A stretch of 64,000 nt of DNA from Octopus sinensis (Eukaryota), in contig NC_042997.1 in assembly GCF_006345805.1 (NCBI RefSeq), positions 171,926,001-171,990,000 on the forward strand. Reading direction: 5' to 3'. The notes under the pieces were generated by a model, which was given only the letters and a program-made list of their open reading frames with translations, was not told where the DNA came from and did no database searches. Shown in pieces: positions 63,957 to 64,000 of this stretch (positions are counted from its first letter, which is position 1; each line of letters starts with the position of its first letter). A program made the translations under genes and the position numbers.

Positions 63957-64000
<44 letters not shown>

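Overview
AT-rich, microsatellite-dense eukaryotic DNA in which I can support no host protein-coding gene; it reads as intergenic or intronic and is made almost entirely of transposable-element remnants. The repeat families resemble those I recall from octopus, so a coleoid cephalopod origin is an inference. Contents: (1) one young, 5'-truncated RTE-clade LINE (21211-24307) whose ORF is broken by a single stop codon and whose reverse transcriptase carries an inserted C4HC3 (PHD-like) zinc finger; (2) many R4/Dong-type retrotransposon remnants, several in (TAA)n; (3) CR1, RTE, L1/Tx1-like and Penelope (GIY-YIG) fragments; (4) at least four tRNA-derived SINE families; (5) mariner, hAT, piggyBac-like and Helitron elements. 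The strongest signal the ORF track does not show is a set of minimal type I hammerhead-ribozyme motifs in at least six otherwise dissimilar repeat contexts. Two of these occur as tandem dimers (about 355 bp and 198 bp units) that look like retrozyme/Penelope-type self-cleaving RNA units. Several long fold-back palindromes also occur. Most short ORFs in the track are microsatellite artefacts. Boundaries were read by eye and are approximate.
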